Of a stretch of DNA of 64,000 nucleotides, positions 33,806 through 45,800 are shown piece after piece. Every line of letters begins with the position of its first letter. The stretch's first letter is position 1. Source of the stretch: Macrostomum hystrix. Its lineage: Eukaryota > Animalia > Platyhelminthes. The position numbers were made by a program, and so were the translations under genes. Below the pieces are notes generated by a model, which saw only the letters and a list, made by a program, of their open reading frames with translations, made no database searches and was not told where the DNA came from. The DNA lies in NCBI GenBank assembly GCA_950097015.1, contig CATNEN010000015.1:1240001-1304000 (forward strand), given 5' to 3'.

Positions 33806-34372
33806 CTCAGCACATGGCATTGTTTCTCGATTCTGCAAAACAACTGCAGCTGAGCAGTCTTCCAGTCTGCAGACACCCTCAGCGGACCGATTGAAAAGCG
33901 GGAACTCAAGGAAGAGCTCACAATGCTCTGAGCACTCCACACTTTCATGAAGGTGACCGAGCGTGGAGACAGATCAGCCAGCTGAGACCTCACAGCTTCC
34001 AGTGTGGCCTCATCTTCCAGCACTACATCCAGCTTGAGGTAGTACATGCTACTGCTGTTGTCATACATGACTGACTCGCTGCTCAAGCTGTTGATGTTGT
34101 GGCAGAGCAGAGGCTCGATGAGTAAGTGGACCTTGATGTCGAGTCTCTGGTGCACTTGAGCAGTGCAGTTCCCGAGGTTGATCGAGCGGATGAACCGCAG
34201 CTGACGGCATGCCGGAAGGGAGTATTTCTGTCTCACCTCTTTCAGATCAAAGAAGGTCTGGTTCTGCAGCATCGGACGGTAGCTGAGCTGATGGCAGGTG
34301 TCATTCACACGGGTAGATGCGGTCAGCATCAGATTGTTTAACACCACCGATGGAGCTGATCGAATTCTTGAT
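33806..34372 (-). CDS. FReD family copy 4, exon 2
   Basis: 567-nt open exon, phase 2 at both ends. Confidence 0.85.
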
Positions 34373-34458
34373 CTGCGGAAAACGACGTGAGCTGTGTTCC
34401 AAATCCAATCGCACTCTATTATATTCCTAGCTGAGTCAGATGATTACTGGGAACTTAC

Positions 34459-34955
34459 GCAAACGAGAAAATGTCGTCGACACTCCGACTTTGAAGTCGG
34501 ATGAACCCCGTAGATTCGTAAGGGCTCCAAATGAAGCTATCAACTTGCACTGTGACGTTGTTTTCAATGGATGCTTGGATGCTTGAAATGGTCAGGAAGC
34601 TCACAGACCTCGGTGACAGGTGCTCCAGCTGGCGCTGAGCTGCTGCGAGCATTCCAGCATCTCTGAGCAGCACAGGGATACTCAGGTACAGCACGTCAGT
34701 GACTGCGTCATACAGTGGACTCAAGCCTTCAAGCCTGTCCGTCACGCACATGACCGGCTCGACTGCCAAGTGCGGACCGTCGCTCGCTCCCGTGTCGTGC
34801 ACGAACAGCGCGCAGCCGTTCACATTGAGCTGGGCCACGAAGCGGAGCTTCGGTGAGCCTGTGGCTGCGCACTGGGAGACCTGGCCAGCTGCCAGCGAGC
34901 AGAGCAGCAGAGCCAGCGCTGCAGTTTCCACAACTTGCACACTGAAGGATTTCAT
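34459..34955 (-). CDS. FReD family copy 4, exon 1 (signal peptide + first unknown domain)
   Basis: 497 nt, GC|GTAAGT donor. The four exons sum to 1815 nt = 604 aa + stop with no disruption. Confidence 0.85.
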
Positions 34956-35210
34956 TGGATTGCACAGAGACTTGGTTTGAAAGCTTTCTGTTTAGAACTT
35001 TGCGTTTGCAGTTTGTGCCGAGTGTGAGGCAGTCGGGACAGTCCGTGTCTGAACTACTGTTAAATACTCTCTGTTAGGTATGCGGTGATCGCTGCAGCAC
35101 CTGAAGCGTTCGCAAGGACTTGGCGGATTGGTTTTGTTTTCTAACCCATGACAAACAATTCCATCAAGTGCTGGAGTACTTTTTCAGTCCTTGTGATTGC
35201 ATTTTGGTAG
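34956..35210 (-). promoter_or_regulatory. Conserved upstream region (putative promoter/5' UTR) of FReD copy 4
   Basis: Alignable with 19580-19810; shared CTACTGTTAAATACTCTCTGTTAGG block (TATTTAA on the minus strand). Confidence 0.45.
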
Positions 35211-35407
35211 GCATAGTCAGAATGTAGTAAAAAATCATTAACATTCAACTCCACAAGGTAGCAAAGCAAAGGCAAAGCAAATAGAAGGTGAAAGAGACAG
35301 AGAAAGCGCGAGCAGCGAGGAGGGGAAGAGGATCCCAACTCCGAAAGAGGAGGGAGAAAGGGAAGAAGAGAGGTCAAAAAAGGCACAGAAGGCACAGAAA
35401 GGCAGAG

Positions 35408-35504
35408 TCAGCTAGACCGCCAGTCGCCGAGGCAGCGGATGCCGTCCACGGAGAGGCCGCTCTGGAAGGCAGCGCTGGCTTCTCCTGTGCGCAGAATGGG
35501 CGTA
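35408..35504 (-). mobile_element. Tyrosine recombinase relic (DIRS/Ngaro- or Crypton-like)
   Basis: Minus strand with one frameshift: YAHS/LRTGEASAAFQSGLSVDGIRCLGDWRSS*, matching the HxxR and GxW catalytic boxes. Confidence 0.55.
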
Positions 35505-36496
35505 CAATGAACCGTTTATTGTGAGCGCTTTATATTAGGTAATATAGAGGCAAACATTTGTTAGACTTATCATTACTTTTCTCGCTTTAAGAAAATAATA
35601 AACTATATTTACAGCACAGCTGCAAGAATTATGTTCTGCACACAGCTTCAAGCGTTGTTCATTTTCATTTTTAACATTTTTTCGAGCATTGCTTCAAGCA
35701 TTGTTCGATTCAAAACGAAATAAGTACTGTCTGAGCATGCGTAGCTGTTAGCGTTTTTTATTTCCAAAACTAAAGAAAGAGTTTCGAGCATTACGGCAAT
35801 CGTTATTAGATTCAAAACTAGGAGAAAATATTTTATGATATATGAAATGAGACATGAGATAGTTTGATTCTACAAGTGGTAGCGTGATTAGTGAAGGGCG
35901 TAGCATAAATTATTTACGGGCAAGTTGTCGAGGAAACAGCAATTATTTGTAAGGGAAGTATATTTATCGAGGGTTATGTATCATTTGTGGTAAGTTCCTG
36001 TTTTATGCTTCCTTTTTATTAAGCTCCTTTCATGTACGAGTGCTAATTATACGCTCGTAGAGTAAGAAAATAGAGCTTTTTAAGTGTCTCAGCAAGCGTT
36101 GTTCAGCATCAATTATTAATAATTAATAATTAATAATTAACAATTATACAGAGGAAGCATGATTTAGCGAGTGAAGAAAGGAATTATCGAGGGCAAAGCA
36201 TGACTTATCAACAAAATTGTATGATTTGTAGACAGGGTAGAATCAATATGGAGGTTGGTAGCATTTATTAACGAGCGGAAGTATGAAATAAAGTATGAAT
36301 TATCAGAAATGTAGAAATAATCAACGGTGTAGCCTGTTGATTATCGTGGGAAAAGCATAAATTAAGTGGGTGGCATACATTTTTTTCAGCGGAAAGCAAG
36401 ATTTGTCCAGGGATAGCATGATATAACAAATTGGTAGCATAAATTATTGAGGGGAAAGCATAGATTATCCAAGAGAAAGCTAGAAATATCGACGAT

Positions 36497-36600
36497 GCCA
36501 CTTTGACAGCCTTCTCAGCCATTCCATTAGACTGCGCATAACCTGGAGACGTTCGCGTGTGTCGGAAACGAAACTCAGCAGCAAACTCATGAAACCGTAA
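36497..36600 (-). mobile_element. Second copy of the Gypsy integrase fragment (inverted relative to 21640-21790)
   Basis: Reverse complement shares TTTCATGAGTTTGCTGCTGAGTTT...CTCCAGGTTATGCGCAGTCT.ATGGAATGGCTGAGAAGGCTGTCAAAGTGGC. Confidence 0.65.
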
Positions 36601-38138
36601 TATGGTAGCATGAGAGAGAGAACACTATAGCATGTACACCTAGACTGGTGTACAAACTTGTGCACAAACGCTATACTCATGACAAAAACTGCAGCATTTA
36701 TATTGTCAAACTGTCACAACTTTGATCATTGTGTTTCTTTCTTTTCATCTAGCTCCGAAGTACTTTTATTATTTTGCAGAATGCTGTTTGAATTTCAGCA
36801 TCAGTTTTGTTACTGCTTCTTTTTCTCCTAATCTTTTATCATCAACAGTTAAAAAGTAAAGTTCCTAATAATTATTCTTTTATTTATTCGATATATTTGG
36901 GTTTCAGTGTAGGTTGTAAGCGTTTGTTTTTTAGCTGATGTCAAAGCAAATATTTGTTTGTTTCATAATTACTATTCTCGCTATGATAAAAAAAGAAAAA
37001 AAGAGAAAATAATAATTATTTTGGTTGGCATTTTTTGGTTTGAGTATAAGTTGTAAGCGCTTTTGGTTAAATATTTCAAAGCAAATATTTGTTAGTTTCA
37101 TAGTTGAAAGAATGAAAAAAAGAAAAAAATAATTATTTTGGTTGGCATTTTTTGGGTTTGAGTTTAACTTGTAAGCGTTTTTGGTTAATTATTTCAAAGC
37201 AAATATTTGTTTGCTTTATAATTACTCTTCTTGCTGTGAGAAAGGAATGTACGCTTTTCGAGTGCAGCAGCAAGTCTTCTTCGATACTAAGACTATGGAA
37301 AGTTTTCTGAGAATACCTGCAAGCGTTATCAGAATCAGAAGTGGAAGAAAATATGTGGAGCACAGCTAAAAGCGTTATTGATTACATTTTCGAATTTGTT
37401 TCGAGCATTGCTTTAAGCGTTGTTCGATTCGAAATGTAGACTTTTCGAGCATGTGTAGCTTTTAGCGTTTGTTTCAAAACTAACGAAAAAGTGTTTCAAA
37501 CATTGCTGCAATCGTTACTAGATTCAAAACTAGGAGAAAGTGTTTTAATCGGAGCAAATAGCATTATTATATTAAAAACAGAGAGTTTTTCGATCAGGGA
37601 AGCAATAATTCTTTACATTTTAAAAGCACAATGATTCGAATGAAACTTAGGAACATAGCGCTAGATATCAATGGATAGCATGCATAAGATATCAAGAAAA
37701 TGGCATTCAATTCGTAGAAAAAAAATCTTTAGATATCTAGGGAATATCTAGATATCTTCCAGTGTAATTCAATCCAAAACTAAATGAAGACTGATCCAGC
37801 AGGCGTAGCTGTTAGCGTTATTTTACTTTCAGAATTTCTCAGTTTTTCATATTTAGCATGTAAATTGCACACAATTTGTGGGGAAAGGCACTACGAGTAC
37901 GAGCCGTAGATATCTAGGTAATGTCTTGACATCTTGAAGAGATTGTATGAGATTTCCATGTAACAGCATAATACTTTCAGGGTAATTTTTTAAAGACGAT
38001 AGAATGATTTATTAAAGAGGGTAGCATAATTTATCAAACGGTTACATTGATTAACGGGAAGCATTTAAAGAGGATAGAATGATTTTTTCAGGGGAAGCAT
38101 GAATTATCGACGGTGTAGCAAAAATTACGGTATCGCAT

Positions 38139-38530
38139 CCATTTGCGCTGGAAGCTCACAGTCCCAGTGAGTCGCTACTGAATCTTTACAAAGCCTCTGC
38201 CGTCACGCCTGACTAGAAGCACTTCAGCTTCAGAGATCGGACCGCAGTGAGAAGAGCAGCACAGCTTGAGGCACTGCTTGAGACTTGAGCAGCTGACTGC
38301 TCCCACGGATGGCTTCATGGACAAGCAGCTGATGGCAGCTGTGTGTCTTGATGGACTTTGTTTTTCTAGTCTGTTGACAATTCCGCATTACTTCGTTATT
38401 CTTTTTTCCCCAATGCCAACATCGCTGTATTCTGTATCACGGACTACTCATTATCTACTAGTGGTTCTTGTTCTGTATCTGCCACCAATTTCGCGGTTAT
38501 GGAGTCTGGTCGGCTCCGAAGTGAGGACCA
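38139..38530 (-). pseudogene. FReD family locus 5: strongly diverged exon 3 relic
   Basis: Minus strand VLLVRRDGRGFVKIQ*RLTGTVSFQRKW (TAG at 38175-38177) matches GRNFVKIQQRTTGSVSFQRTW. Weaker match SEPTRLHNREIG/WQI to FEPVNLFRHIGWQV near 38480-38525. Confidence 0.65.
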
Positions 38531-39942
38531 GTATTGAAGGCTTCTTTTTTGAATACTATATAATAGTGGTAGTCTTCCTAATTCGGACCGGGCACCATTG
38601 CTGTCAATGTTTGGACTGACTAGCAGAATCGTCTTGCAGATTCTAAATTAATTCTCTCTATAAGGTTCCGATCCCAAGTACCCAGTTTCCATAAAAGAAT
38701 TGCTATTATCGTTATCCTTATTATATTCAAAAGTAAACCATTTGAGAATGGCAAAGACCTTATTCTGTTCAAATCCTAACGTTTCTGTTGAGTCTAGCAT
38801 TAATATTGAAATTAACGCTAACGAATTTTTTCTAGCAGAGCTGAAATCGTTATCAGGTTAAAAACAAACGAATTTGTTTCGAGGGTACCAAACAGCCTTA
38901 TTATTTTTTAATTTAGCGTTCTTGAAGCATAGCAGCTAGCATTATTTGCTCCATATTTTGATACCAGAAGATTTCAACAAATGAAAACATGAAAGTAAAG
39001 AATATAGCTCTATAAAATTATTTCAATGGATAGCATCTGGTATTAGGTAAATAGCATGAGGTTTATGAAGAAAAGCATTATTTTACAGGAGACGGCATGG
39101 GATTTCCAGGGAACAGCATTAATAATAAGTTGTGGAAGCATAATTTATCCAGGAGGAAGCATAAATTATAAAGAAGTTAACATTAAATAACACTAGAAAA
39201 AACAAGATTGTAGCAAATCAGTAGAAAGATTAGGAGAGTTTGTCGAGAGGAAAGCAAATATTATCGAAAGAAAGGCAAATTTTCGTGAGTAAAAGCGTGA
39301 TTTATCAAGTGGCTTGCAAAAATCATCGAGGGGTAGCACTATTTATCGAAGGGGTTGCATTGTTTATTGTGGGGTAGCACGATATTTTGAGTAATAGTCT
39401 ATCAGCAGCAGCTAAAGACGTAAGCAAAAGTTGTTTGTTATTCTTTTTAGTTTTTTGATTTATTAAAGAGGGTAGCATGATTTATCAAACGGTTACATTG
39501 ATTAACGGGAAGCATGAAATTACGAGGGAAAAGGATGAATTATCAGGGGAAAGCATAACTTATAGAGAGTACGGCATGAATTTTCGAGGGGGAAGCATGA
39601 ACTATAAGGGGAAGAATGAATAATAGATAGAAAAGCATGACTTATCGAATGGAGCATGAATGGTCGAGTGGGTAGCATAAATTATTGAGGTGGAAGCATC
39701 AATTGTCAAGGGGAAGCATGAAATGGCGAGGGAAAAGTGAATTTTCGAAGGGGAAGCATGACTTTTCGAGGCGACGCATGAAATACCGACTAAATAGCAT
39801 CAATTTTTTAGCGCTAGCATGGTTTATCAAGTAGTAGCTAAATTATCGTGAAGATAAAATTATTTTTTTCATAAAAAATAGGCATAGTCCTAATTTTGGG
39901 TGTAGCAAAACTTATCGAGGGGAGAGCATGACTTATTAAAAG

Positions 39943-42836
39943 GGAAGCATGTATTGTCAAGGGGAAGCATGAATTGTCAAGGAGAAGCATGAATTGTCAA
40001 TGGGAAGCATGGATTGTCGAGGGAAAGCATGGATTCTCAAGGAGAAGCATGGATTGTCAAGGGGAAGCATGGATTGTCAAGGGGAAGCATGAATTGCCAA
40101 GGGGAAGCATGGATTGTCAAGGGGAAGCATGGATTGTCAAGGGAAAGCATGGATTGTCAAGGGGAAGCATGGATTGTCAAGGGGCAGCATTAATTGTCAA
40201 GGAGAAGCATGGATTGTCGAGGGAAAGCATGGATTCTCAAAGAGAAGCATGGATTGTCAAGGGGAAGCATGGATTGTCAAGGGGAAGCATGAATTGCCAA
40301 GGGGAAGCATGGATTGTCAAGGGGAAGCATGGATTGTCAAGGGGAAGCATGGATTGTCAAGGGGAAGCATGGATTGTCAAGGGGCAGCATTAATTGTCAA
40401 GGGGAAGCATGGATTGTCAAGGGGAAGCATGGATTGTCAAGGGGAAGCATGGATTGTCAAGGGGAAGCATGGATTGTCAAGGGGCAGCATTAATTGTCAA
40501 GGGGAAGCATGGATTGTGAAGGGGAAGCATGGATTGACAAGGGGAAGCATGGATTGTCAAGGGAAGGCATGGATTGTCAAGGGGAAGCATGGATTGTCAA
40601 GGGGAAGCATGGATTGTCAAGGGAAAGCATGGATTGTCAAGGGAAAGCATTATTTGTCAAGGGGAAGCATGGATTGTCAAGGGGAAGCATGGATTGTCAA
40701 GGGAAAGCATGAATTGTCAAGGGGAAGCATGGATTGTCAAGGGGAAGCATGGATTGTCAAGGGAAAGCATTAATTGTCAAGGGGAAGCATGGATTGTCAA
40801 GGGGAAGCATGGATTGTCAAGGGGAAGCATGGATTGTCAAGGGGAAGCATGGATTGTCAAGGGGAAGCATGGATTGTCAAGGGGAAGCATGGATTGTCAA
40901 GGAGAAGCATGGATTGTCAAGGGAAGGCATGGATTGTCAAGGGGAAGCATGGATTGTCAAGGGGAAGCATGGATTGTCAAGGGGAAGCATGGATTGTCAA
41001 GGGAAAGCATTATTTGTCAAGGGGAAGCATGGATTGTCAAGGGGAAGCATGGATTGTCAAGGGAAAGCATGAATTGTCAAGGGGAAGCATGGATTGTCAA
41101 GGGGAAGCATGGATTGTCAAGGGAAAGCATTAATTGTCAAGGGGAAGCATGGATTGTGAAGGGGAAGCATGGATTGTCAAGGGAAAGCATGGATTGTCAA
41201 GGGGCAGCATTAATTGTCAAGGGGAAGCATGGATTGTCAAGGGGAAGCATGGATTGCCAAGGGGAAGCATGGATTGTCAAGGGAAAGCATTAATTGTCGA
41301 GGGGAAGCATGGATTGTCAAGGGGAAACATGGATTGTCAAGTGGCAGCATTAATTGTCAAGGGGAAGCATGGATTGTCAAGGGAAAGCATGAATTGTCAA
41401 GGGGAAGCATGGATTGTCAAGGGGAAGCATGGATTGTCAAGGGGAAGCATGGATTGTCAAGGGGAAGCATGGATTGTCAAGGGGAAGCATGGATTGTCAA
41501 GGGGAAGCATGGATTGTCAAGGGGAAGCATGGATTGTCAAGGGGAAACATGAATTGCCAAGGGGAAGCATGGATTGTCAAGGGGAAGCACAGATTGTCAA
41601 GGGGAAGCACGGATTGTCAAGGGGCGGCATTAATTGTCAAGGGGAAGCATGGATTGACAAGGGGAAGCATGGATTGTCAAGGGGCAGCATTAATTGTCAA
41701 GGGGAAGCATAGATTGTCAAGGGGAAGCATGGATTGTCAAGGGGAAGCATGGATTGTCAAGGGGAAGCATGGATTGTCAAGGGGAAGCATGGATTGTCAA
41801 GGGGCAGCATTAATTGTCAAGGGGAAGCATGGATTGTCAAGGGGAAGCATGGATTGTCAAGGGGAAGCATGGATTGTCAAGGGGAAGCATGGATTGTCAA
41901 GGGGCAGCATGAATTGTCAAGGGGAAGCATGGATTGTGAAGGGGAAGCATGGATTGTCAAGGGGAAGCATGGATTGTCAAGGGAAGGCATGGATTGTCAA
42001 GGGGAAGCATGGATTGTCAAGGGGAAGCATGGATTGTCAAGGGGAAGCATGGATTGTCAAGGGAAAGCATTAATTGTCAAGGGGAAGCATGGATTGTCAA
42101 GGGGAAGCATGGATTGTCAAGGGAAAGCATGAATTGTCAAGGGGAAGCATGGATTGTCAAGGGGAAGCATGGATTGTCAAGGGGAAGCATGGATTGTCAA
42201 GGGAAGCATGGATTGTCAAGGGGAAGCATGGATTGTCAAGGGGAAGCATGGATTGTCAAGGGGAAGCATGGATTGTCAAGGGGAAGCATGGATTGTCAAG
42301 GGGAAGCATGGATTGTCAAGGGGAAGCATGGATTGTCAAGGGGAAGCATGGATTGTCAAGGGGAAGCATGGATTGTCAAGGGGAAGCATGGATTGTCAAG
42401 GGGAAGCATGGATTGTCAAGGGGTAGCATGGATTATCAAGGGGCAGCATTAATTGTCAAGGGGCAGCATTAATTGTCAAGGGGAAGCATGAATTATCAAG
42501 TGAAAGCATTAATTGTAAAGGGGAAGCATGGATTGTCAAGGGGAAGCAATAATTGTCAAGGGGAAGCATGGATTGTCAAGGGGAAGCATGGATTGTCAAG
42601 GGGAAGCATGGATTGTCAAGGGGAAGCATGGATTGTCAAGGGGAAGCATGGATTGTCAAGGGGAAGCATGGATTGTCAAGGGGAAGCATGGATTGTCAAG
42701 GGGTAGCATGGATTGTCAAGGGGCAGCATTAATTGTCAAGGGGAAGCATGAATTGTCAAGGGGCAGCATGGATTGTCAAGGGGCAGCATTAATTGTCAAG
42801 GGCGAGCAAGGATTGTCAAGGGGAAGCATGGATTGC
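39943..42836. repeat. 20-bp satellite (~145 monomers)
   Basis: (GGGGAAGCATGGATTGTCAA)n with GCAGCATTAATT and GAAAGCATGAATT variants and one 19-bp monomer near 42200. Confidence 0.97.
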
Positions 42837-42846
42837 CAAAGGATTA

Positions 42847-45800
42847 TAGAATCATCCCAGATCCTCAGATTCAGATAGAATCATCCCAGATTCTCAGATT
42901 CAGATAGAATCATCCCAGATCCTCAGATTCAGATAGAATCATCCCAGATCCTCAGATTCAGATAGAATCATCCCAGATCCTCAGATTCGGATAGAATCAT
43001 CCGAAATCCTCAGATTCAGATAGAATCATCCCAGATCCTCAGAATCAGATAGAATCATCCCAGATCCTCATATTCAGATAGAATCATCCCAGATCCTCAG
43101 ATTCAGATAGAATCATCCCAGATCCTCAGATTCAGATAGAATCATCCCAGATCCTCAGATTCAGATAGAATCATCCCAGATCCTCATATTCAGATAGAAT
43201 CATCCCAGATCCTCAGATTCAGATAGAATCATCCCAGATCCTCAGATTCAGATAGAATCATCCCAGATCCTCAGATTCAGATAGAATCATTCCAGATCCT
43301 GAGATTCAGATAGAATCATTTCAGATCCTCAGATTCAGATAGAATCATCCCAGATCCTCATATTCAGGTAGAATCATTTCAGATCCTCATATTCAGATAG
43401 AATCATCCCAGATCCTCAGAATCAGATAGAATCATCCCAGATCCTCATATTCAGATAGAATCATCCCAGATCCTCAGATTCAGATAGAATCATCCCAGAT
43501 CCTCAGATTCAGATAGAATCATCCCAGATCCTCAGATTCAGATAGAATCATCCCAGATCCTCAGATTCGGATAGAATCATCCGAAATCCTCAGATTCAGA
43601 TAGAATCATCCCAGATCCTCAGAATCAGATAGAATCATCCCAGATCCTCATATTCAGATAGAATCATCCCAGATCCTCAGATTCAGATAGAATCATCCCA
43701 GATCCTCAGATTCAGATAGAATCATCCCAGATCCTCAGATTCAGATAGAATCATCCCAGATCCTCATATTCAGATAGAATCATCCCAGATCCTCAGATTC
43801 AGATAGAATCATCCCAGATCCTCAGATTCAGATAGAATCATCCCAGATCCTCAGATTCAGATAGAATCATTCCAGATCCTGAGATTCAGATAGAATCATT
43901 TCAGATCCTCAGATTCAGATAGAATCATCCCAGATCCTCATATTCAGGTAGAATCATTTCAGATCCTCATATTCAGATAGAATCATCCCAGATCCTCAGA
44001 ATCAGATAGAATCATCCCAGATCCTCATATTCAGATAGAATCATCCCAGATCCTCAGATTCAGATAGAATCATCCCAGATCCTCAGATTCAGATAGAATC
44101 ATCCCAGATCCTCAGAATCAGATAGAATCATCCCAGATCCTCAGAATCAGATAGAATCATCCCAGATCCTCAGAAACAGATAGAATCATCCCAGATCCTC
44201 ACATTCAGATAGAATCATTTCAGATCCTGATATTCAGATAGAATCATCCCAGATCCTCAGATTCAGATAGAATCATCCCAGATCCTCATATTCAGATAGA
44301 ATCATCCCAGATCCTCAGATTCAGATAGAATCATCCCAGATCCTCAGATTCAGATAGAATCATCCCAGATCCTCATATTCAGATAGAATCATCCCAGATC
44401 CTCAGATTCAGATAGAATCATCCCAGATCCTCAGATTCAGATAGAATCATCCCAGATCCTGAGATTCAGATAGAATCATTTCAGATCCTCATATTCAGAT
44501 AGAATCATCCCACATCCTCAGAATCAGATAGAATCATCCCAGATCCTCAGAATCAGATAGAATCATCCCAGATCCTCTGATTCAGATAGAATCATTCCAG
44601 ATCCTCAGAATCAGATAGAATCATCCCAGATCCTCAGAATCAGATAGAATCATCCCAGATCCTCAGAATCAGATAGAATCATCCCAGATCCTCAGATTCA
44701 GATAGAATCATTTCAGATCCTCATATTCAGATAGAATCATTTCAGATCCTCATATTCAGATAGAATCATCCCAGATCCTCAGATTCAGATAGAATCACAA
44801 CAGATCCTCAGATTCAGATAGAATCATCCTAAATCCTCAGATTCAGATAGAATCATCCCAGATCCTCATATTCAGGTAGAATCATTTCAGATCCTCATAT
44901 TCAGATAGAATCATCCCAGATCCTCAGATTCAGATAGAATCATCCCAGATCCTCAGATTCAAATAGAATCATCCCAGATCCTCGGATTCGGATAGAATCA
45001 TCCGAAATCCTCAGATTCAGATAGAATCATCCCAGATCCTCAGATTCAGATAGAATCATCCCAGATCCTCATATTCAGATAGAATCATCCCAGATCCTCA
45101 GATTCAGATAGAATCATCCCAGATCCTCAGATTCAGATAGAATCATCCCAGATCCTCAGATTCAGATAGAATCATCCCAGATCCTGAGATTCAGATAGAA
45201 TCATTTCAGATCCTCATATTCAGATTGAATCATCCCAGATCCTCAGAATCAGATAGAATCATCCCAGATCCTCTGATTCAGATAGAATCATTCCAGATCC
45301 TCAGAATCAGATAGAATCATCCCAGATCCTCAGAATCAGATAGAATCATCCCAGATCCTCATATTCAGATAGAATCATCCCAGATCCCCCGATTCAGATA
45401 GAATCATGCCAGATCCTCAGATTCAGATAGAATCATCCCAGATCCTGAGATTCAGATAGAATCATTTCAGATCCTCTGATTCAGATAGAATCATTCCAGA
45501 TCCTCAGAATCAGATAGAATCATCCCAGATCCTCAGAATCAGATAGAATCATCCCAGATCCTCAGAATCAGATAGAATCATCCCAGATCCTCAGAATCAG
45601 ATAGAATCATCCCAGATCCTCAGAATCAGATAGAATCATCCCAGATCCTCATATTCAGATAGAATCATTTCAGATCCTGATATTCAGATAGAATCATCCC
45701 AGATCCTCAGATTCAGATAGAATCATCCCAGATCCTCATATTCAGATAGAATCATCCCAGATCCTCAGATTCAGATAGAATCATCCCAGATCCTCAGATT

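Noticed and set aside
33575-33830. C-type lectin-like hints in the FReD linker (HIGW, C...LW...FIC)
   Set aside because: Only about 65-80 aa, lacking the WND-C motif and the full Cys set; insufficient support by eye.
39974-42878. Many long ORFs with a 20-aa period (MSRGSMDCQGEAWIVKGKHG)
   Set aside because: Artefact of a stop-free 20-bp satellite, seen in all three frames with start codons supplied by the repeat; not a repeat protein.
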